From: Candidatus Thermosaccharophagus gerlachensis
GTDB taxonomy: Bacteria > Armatimonadota > Fervidibacteria > Fervidibacterales > Thermosaccharophagaceae
Direction: 5' to 3'
Assembly: GCA_041538025.1 (NCBI GenBank)
Contig: JBGOEV010000005.1
Span: forward strand, 12,123-76,122
Length of the DNA: 64,000 nucleotides
The position numbers and the translations under genes are program-made. Positions 60,681-64,000 of this stretch are shown here, piece by piece. Numbering within the stretch: the first letter of the stretch is position 1; each line of letters starts with the position of its first letter. Under the pieces are notes generated by a model that had not been told where the DNA came from, ran no database searches, and saw only the letters and a program-made list of their open reading frames with translations.

Positions 60681-61253
60681 CTACGCCTGCTCTTTGACAT
60701 CCTCATCTCCGAACACTTCCGCTGTGAAGCGAAATATTTCAACGCCACGCCGCTTCCACTCATCCGGTGGCAACCCAGCCTTAATACATGTGTGGCTAAG
60801 GAATTCCTCTCTGCTCCAACCATATTCAACCGCCACCTGCGGGAGCAGAAGACCAGCCAATGGTCCTTTGCGAACAACGAGTCCGTCCCTTCCAACTTGG
60901 ATTTCGGATATGTCCTTAACCTGTTCCATAGGTGAAAGGACGGATATCTCAAGTGTTAGTTCGTCCAACTCCTTCGGTGAGACAGGTGGGAAACGCGGGT
61001 CGTGTAGAGCTGCTGATATGGCTGCATCTTTTACGGCTTCCCAAAGTGGCTTCGTAGGATATGGGTAGCCTATGCAACCCCTAAGTGAGCCATCTCTTCG
61101 GCGCTTAAGTGTGACGAACGCACCACATCGCTCAAGCAACTCTGGTTCGCTCACATCAAACTTGGGCATCTCGGTGTTTAAGACCGCTGCCCTTATAGCG
61201 CTCCAAGCGATCTCAACGAGCTTGCGTCGCAGTTCCATAGACAGCTGACTCAT
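60681..61253 (-). CDS. AMMECR1-domain protein
   Basis: Contains GAFVTLKRRRDGSLRGCIGYPYPTKPLWEAVKDAAISAALHDPRFPPV and LTLEISVLSP, plus GLLLPQVA. The 190 aa length is typical. Confidence 0.88.
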   Translation of the reverse strand: MSQLSMELRRKLVEIAWSAIRAAVLNTEMPKFDVSEPELLERCGAFVTLKRRRDGSLRGCIGYPYPTKPLWEAVKDAAISAALHDPRFPPVSPKELDELTLEISVLSPMEQVKDISEIQVGRDGLVVRKGPLAGLLLPQVAVEYGWSREEFLSHTCIKAGLPPDEWKRRGVEIFRFTAEVFGDEDVKEQA

Positions 61254-61396
61254 CTTTCATCCCTCCTTAAGACAAGGTCTCTTTCTTGCATTGTTCAAAC
61301 CCAGAGCTAACGCACTATCTGCGTCGCCCATTTGGTAAGTTTATTAACACCGTCTCCTTGAGGCATCGCACCATAATTGAGTTAAGGGTGGATGCT

Positions 61397-62311
61397 ATGC
61401 CGAGTTTGCTTAAAGCGACGATGCTCGTGCTGCGGATGGTGCGTGCGCCCTTCTTCACAGCAACAATAGCACCGATACTTGTGGGCACTTCTCTCTCGTG
61501 GAAGATTAACAGGCTGTTTGACCTTTCGGTTTTTCTATGCGCACTCTTTTCAATGTTGCTCTTGCATGCTGCTGCAAACATGCTCAACGACTATTTTGAT
61601 CATCTCTCGGGCGCTGATTGGTTTCAAACGAACCCAGTAAAACCATTCACAGGTGGAAGCAGAGTCATTCAGGAAGGGTTAGTGAAACCGAGGACTATGT
61701 TGTTGAGCGGTGTTACATCGCTTATCCTTGGCTCACTACTTGGACTATGGCTTGTTAAGGTTACAGGTGTAACGCTTTTGCTTATAGGTATTGTAGGCGT
61801 CTTCCTTGCTTACTTTTACACCGCACCACCGATAATGCTTGCGCATCGTGGCTTCGGGGAGTTGGCAGTCGGATTAGCGTTTGGCATACTACCAACCATC
61901 GGTGCTTACTATGTCCAATCAAAGGGATTTGACTGGCGTGTTTTAATAGCCTCACTTCCAATAGCGCTGCTCATAGTGGCTGTGCTTTGGGTGAACGAAA
62001 TCCCTGATGCGCCTTCTGATGAGCGCGCTGGTAAACGCAACTTGGTTGTGAGACTCGGGAAGAAAGCATCAGCCATCTGTTACTGCCTCATTGTTACATG
62101 TGCTTTCATTTCGCTACCGTTCATTGCTTTGGCGCTTCATTCACTGTCACCATTGCTCGGGTTAGTAACCTTTCCAACGGCGCTTTTAGCGATGGCAAAT
62201 GTGGTGCGCCATGTGTTCTTCAGGTATGACACAATGAAAGCTGCTTGCGCTATGACTGTCCTTACGCACTTTGCGATGGGCATCTTGCTCTCAATCTCAT
62301 ATGCGCTTTAG
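61397..62311 (+). CDS. menA: UbiA-family prenyltransferase, MenA-like (1,4-dihydroxy-2-naphthoate polyprenyltransferase)
   Basis: Start at ATG 61397 (MPSLLKATMLVL..). The first Asp-rich motif is AANMLNDYFDHLSGAD. The second is NEIPDAPSDERAGKRNLVVRLG. It has about 8-9 TMs. Confidence 0.65.
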   Translation: MPSLLKATMLVLRMVRAPFFTATIAPILVGTSLSWKINRLFDLSVFLCALFSMLLLHAAANMLNDYFDHLSGADWFQTNPVKPFTGGSRVIQEGLVKPRTMLLSGVTSLILGSLLGLWLVKVTGVTLLLIGIVGVFLAYFYTAPPIMLAHRGFGELAVGLAFGILPTIGAYYVQSKGFDWRVLIASLPIALLIVAVLWVNEIPDAPSDERAGKRNLVVRLGKKASAICYCLIVTCAFISLPFIALALHSLSPLLGLVTFPTALLAMANVVRHVFFRYDTMKAACAMTVLTHFAMGILLSISYAL

Positions 62312-62410
62312 TCGTATAAATGGCTATAGCGTTGCAGCTATCTATTTGAAGGAGCATGCCAAGGTGTTTCAAACTGCACTATGAATCACAACCGTAAGGG
62401 GGGATGTAGT

Positions 62411-63268
62411 ATGCCAGCTCGCATACTTGATGGGAAAGCAATCGCTGCTCAGATTCAACAGGAGATAAAACTGGAGTTGGATGAACTGAAGGAGAAGCAT
62501 GGCATAACTCCCGGTCTCGCTGTAGTGCTTGTTGGTGAGAACCCAGCTTCTGAGGTTTATGTTCGGAACAAAGGAAGGAAGTGTGAGGAGCTTGGTATAC
62601 GCTCAATAGTAAAGCGTCTCCCAGAGAGCGCCTCGGAGAAGGAGGTCATTGATACAGTTATCCAGTTGAACGAGGACGAGTCTGTTCATGGCATTATAGT
62701 TCAACTGCCACTGCCAAGCCATATAGACCCTGAAGTTGTCATCTCGCATATTGACCCAAACAAGGATGTTGATGGGTTTCATCCGGTGAATGTTGGATGG
62801 ATGTTCATTGGCAGGAACAGGTTTGTGCCATGCACACCAGCTGGCATCATCGAAATACTTGACCGCTCTGGGATTGAGATTGAGGGTAAAAGAGCAGTTG
62901 TCGTTGGGAGAAGCAACATCGTTGGCAAGCCGCTTTCGATATTGCTACTTCAGCGCAATGCTACTGTAACCGTTTGCCACTCACGCACTACTAACTTACC
63001 TGAGGTGACACGCCAAGCTGATATACTCGTTGCAGCTGTTGGGAAAGCACGCCTCATCAAAGCCGACATGGTTAAAGAGGGTGCTGTCGTCATTGATGTA
63101 GGCATAAATAGGGTTGACGATAAGATAGTTGGCGATGTTGATTTTGATTCCGTGAAGGAAGTTGCATCGGCTATAACACCAGTTCCGGGTGGTGTTGGAC
63201 CGCTCACTGTCATCATGCTGATGCGCAATACGGTTCAAGCAGCGAAGTTAGCCCTCTCTGCTAAGTAA
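62411..63268 (+). CDS. folD: Bifunctional methylene-THF dehydrogenase / methenyl-THF cyclohydrolase
   Basis: Contains [57 protein letters not shown] and [11 protein letters not shown] 62411 follows AAGGGGGGA. Confidence 0.95.
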   Translation: MPARILDGKAIAAQIQQEIKLELDELKEKHGITPGLAVVLVGENPASEVYVRNKGRKCEELGIRSIVKRLPESASEKEVIDTVIQLNEDESVHGIIVQLPLPSHIDPEVVISHIDPNKDVDGFHPVNVGWMFIGRNRFVPCTPAGIIEILDRSGIEIEGKRAVVVGRSNIVGKPLSILLLQRNATVTVCHSRTTNLPEVTRQADILVAAVGKARLIKADMVKEGAVVIDVGINRVDDKIVGDVDFDSVKEVASAITPVPGGVGPLTVIMLMRNTVQAAKLALSAK

Positions 63269-63320
63269 GGGGTAAGTAGCAGTCAGGTGAGGGTAGGTCT
63301 GCCCTGCATGGCTGTTCATT

Positions 63321-63349
63321 TTTAACAAAGGCTTGAATGTCGCTATACT
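63321..63349 (+). promoter_or_regulatory. Putative sigma-70 promoter (TTTAAC-17 nt-TATACT) upstream of rpoD
   Basis: The hexamers are at canonical 17-nt spacing, about 50 nt upstream of ATG 63398. Confidence 0.3.
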
Positions 63350-63397
63350 AATGATGATAATGTTTTCGGCAACTACTGATGATGAGAGGCGGTGTTA

Positions 63398-64000
63398 ATG
63401 TCTCGTCAGAAGAAAGTTTCTCACAGTGAGACATTGAAAGGCTTACGGGAGGAGGCACAAAGGCACACCACGAGAAGAAAAAGAAGCCTCGCTAAAGCCT
63501 CTAACAGCAACCTGCAAGCATGCTCAAGCTTGCCTGTCAAGCGTAGAGGAAGGCGTCCAAAAAGAAACACGATGAATTACTACCCCGAAGAGTTTGCAGT
63601 GGAGCATGAGGGCGACGAGTTCTATCATACCGACATTTTTGATACCGAGCCCTTTCAAGAGTTGGTATTAAGGCGAAGGGATGCAGCAGTTGAAGACCCA
63701 ATGGCAGCATGGGCTAAAGAGTTGCGGAAGCGTCCGCTGTTGACAAAGGAGCAAGAGATTGAGCTTGCAAAGCGCATAGAAGCTATGCGACAGGCTCAAC
63801 GAGAGCTTGAACAACTCGCAGCTGAAGGTTCTCTGACCCCACAAAAAAGGGTAGAGTTGGATAAGGTTATTCGGGATGGCGAAGAAGCGCGCATGATACT
63901 TGTTGAATCTAACCTACGCTTGGTTGTAAGCATAGCGCGTAGGTATAAAGGTTATGGTGTCTCACTGAGCGATTTGATACAGGAAGGGAACATCGGCTTA
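63398..64000 (+). CDS. rpoD: Primary RNA polymerase sigma factor RpoD, N-terminal part (3' end beyond window)
   Basis: Absent from the ORF track because there is no stop in the window. My own translation gives ..[29 protein letters not shown].. (region 1.2) and ..[38 protein letters not shown] (region 2.1-2.2), the housekeeping-sigma signature. Confidence 0.9.
   Translation, partial: MSRQKKVSHSETLKGLREEAQRHTTRRKRSLAKASNSNLQACSSLPVKRRGRRPKRNTMNYYPEEFAVEHEGDEFYHTDIFDTEPFQELVLRRRDAAVEDPMAAWAKELRKRPLLTKEQEIELAKRIEAMRQAQRELEQLAAEGSLTPQKRVELDKVIRDGEEARMILVESNLRLVVSIARRYKGYGVSLSDLIQEGNIGL

Noticed and set aside
60427-61068. 213-aa plus-strand ORF antisense to the PP2C and AMMECR1 genes.
   Set aside because: Both minus-strand genes have strong family motifs. 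The plus-strand ORF is Ser/Ala/Thr-rich low-complexity sequence with no SD. Shadow ORF.
62312-62410. Riboswitch or attenuator upstream of folD. The short leaders of purH and purM were considered likewise.
   Set aside because: The leaders are too short (under 100 nt) and lack the ZTP/THF conserved boxes. purH and purM are preceded by genes at short distance.

Overview
Single contig from a Gram-negative-type (LPS/outer-membrane) bacterium, about 48% GC, densely coded (around 60 CDS and 3 tRNAs). Most genes have strong Shine-Dalgarno sites of the GGAGG/GGGGGTGA type. By inference only, the content fits a thermophilic Armatimonadota/PVC-like lineage: a DUF1559 'H-X9-DG' pseudopilin, SLH proteins in an LPS diderm, and acetogen-type MetFV. 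The window starts inside tamB and ends inside rpoD. The rpoD fragment is missing from the ORF track because it has no stop in the window.

Content, left to right:
- Outer-membrane biogenesis supercluster: tamB, ECF sigma, bamA, three skp/ompH paralogs, lpxD.
- Two orphan secreted proteins.
- Tightly packed minus-strand C1/H2 cluster: fhs, Tat-less [NiFe]-hydrogenase small and large subunits, maturation protease, metV, metF.
- Sugar-phosphate isomerase plus two amidohydrolases.
- Cysteine synthase, a G3E GTPase, a porin and an FGGY kinase.
- tmk-holB-trxA-purH.
- mtnP-apt salvage pair.
- A large radical-SAM enzyme.
- cstA, nagB, tRNA-fMet/tRNA-Gln, relA/spoT, purM, tRNA-Ala.
- LCP, DUF62 and M16 genes, and a mosaic SLH protein.
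- An AMMECR1 / membrane PP2C / polytopic membrane protein operon.
- menA-like gene, folD, rpoD.

I found no CRISPR array, IS element, integrase, prophage or recognisable defence genes. The window looks like core chromosome.

The most interesting signal is the hydrogenase embedded between fhs and metVF, a candidate H2-driven methylene-THF reductase module. Secondary leads are the sigma factor inside the tamB-bamA cluster, the triple Skp array, the AMMECR1-PP2C-membrane operon, and several unassignable large proteins. All functional calls rest on motif recognition by eye; no database search was run.
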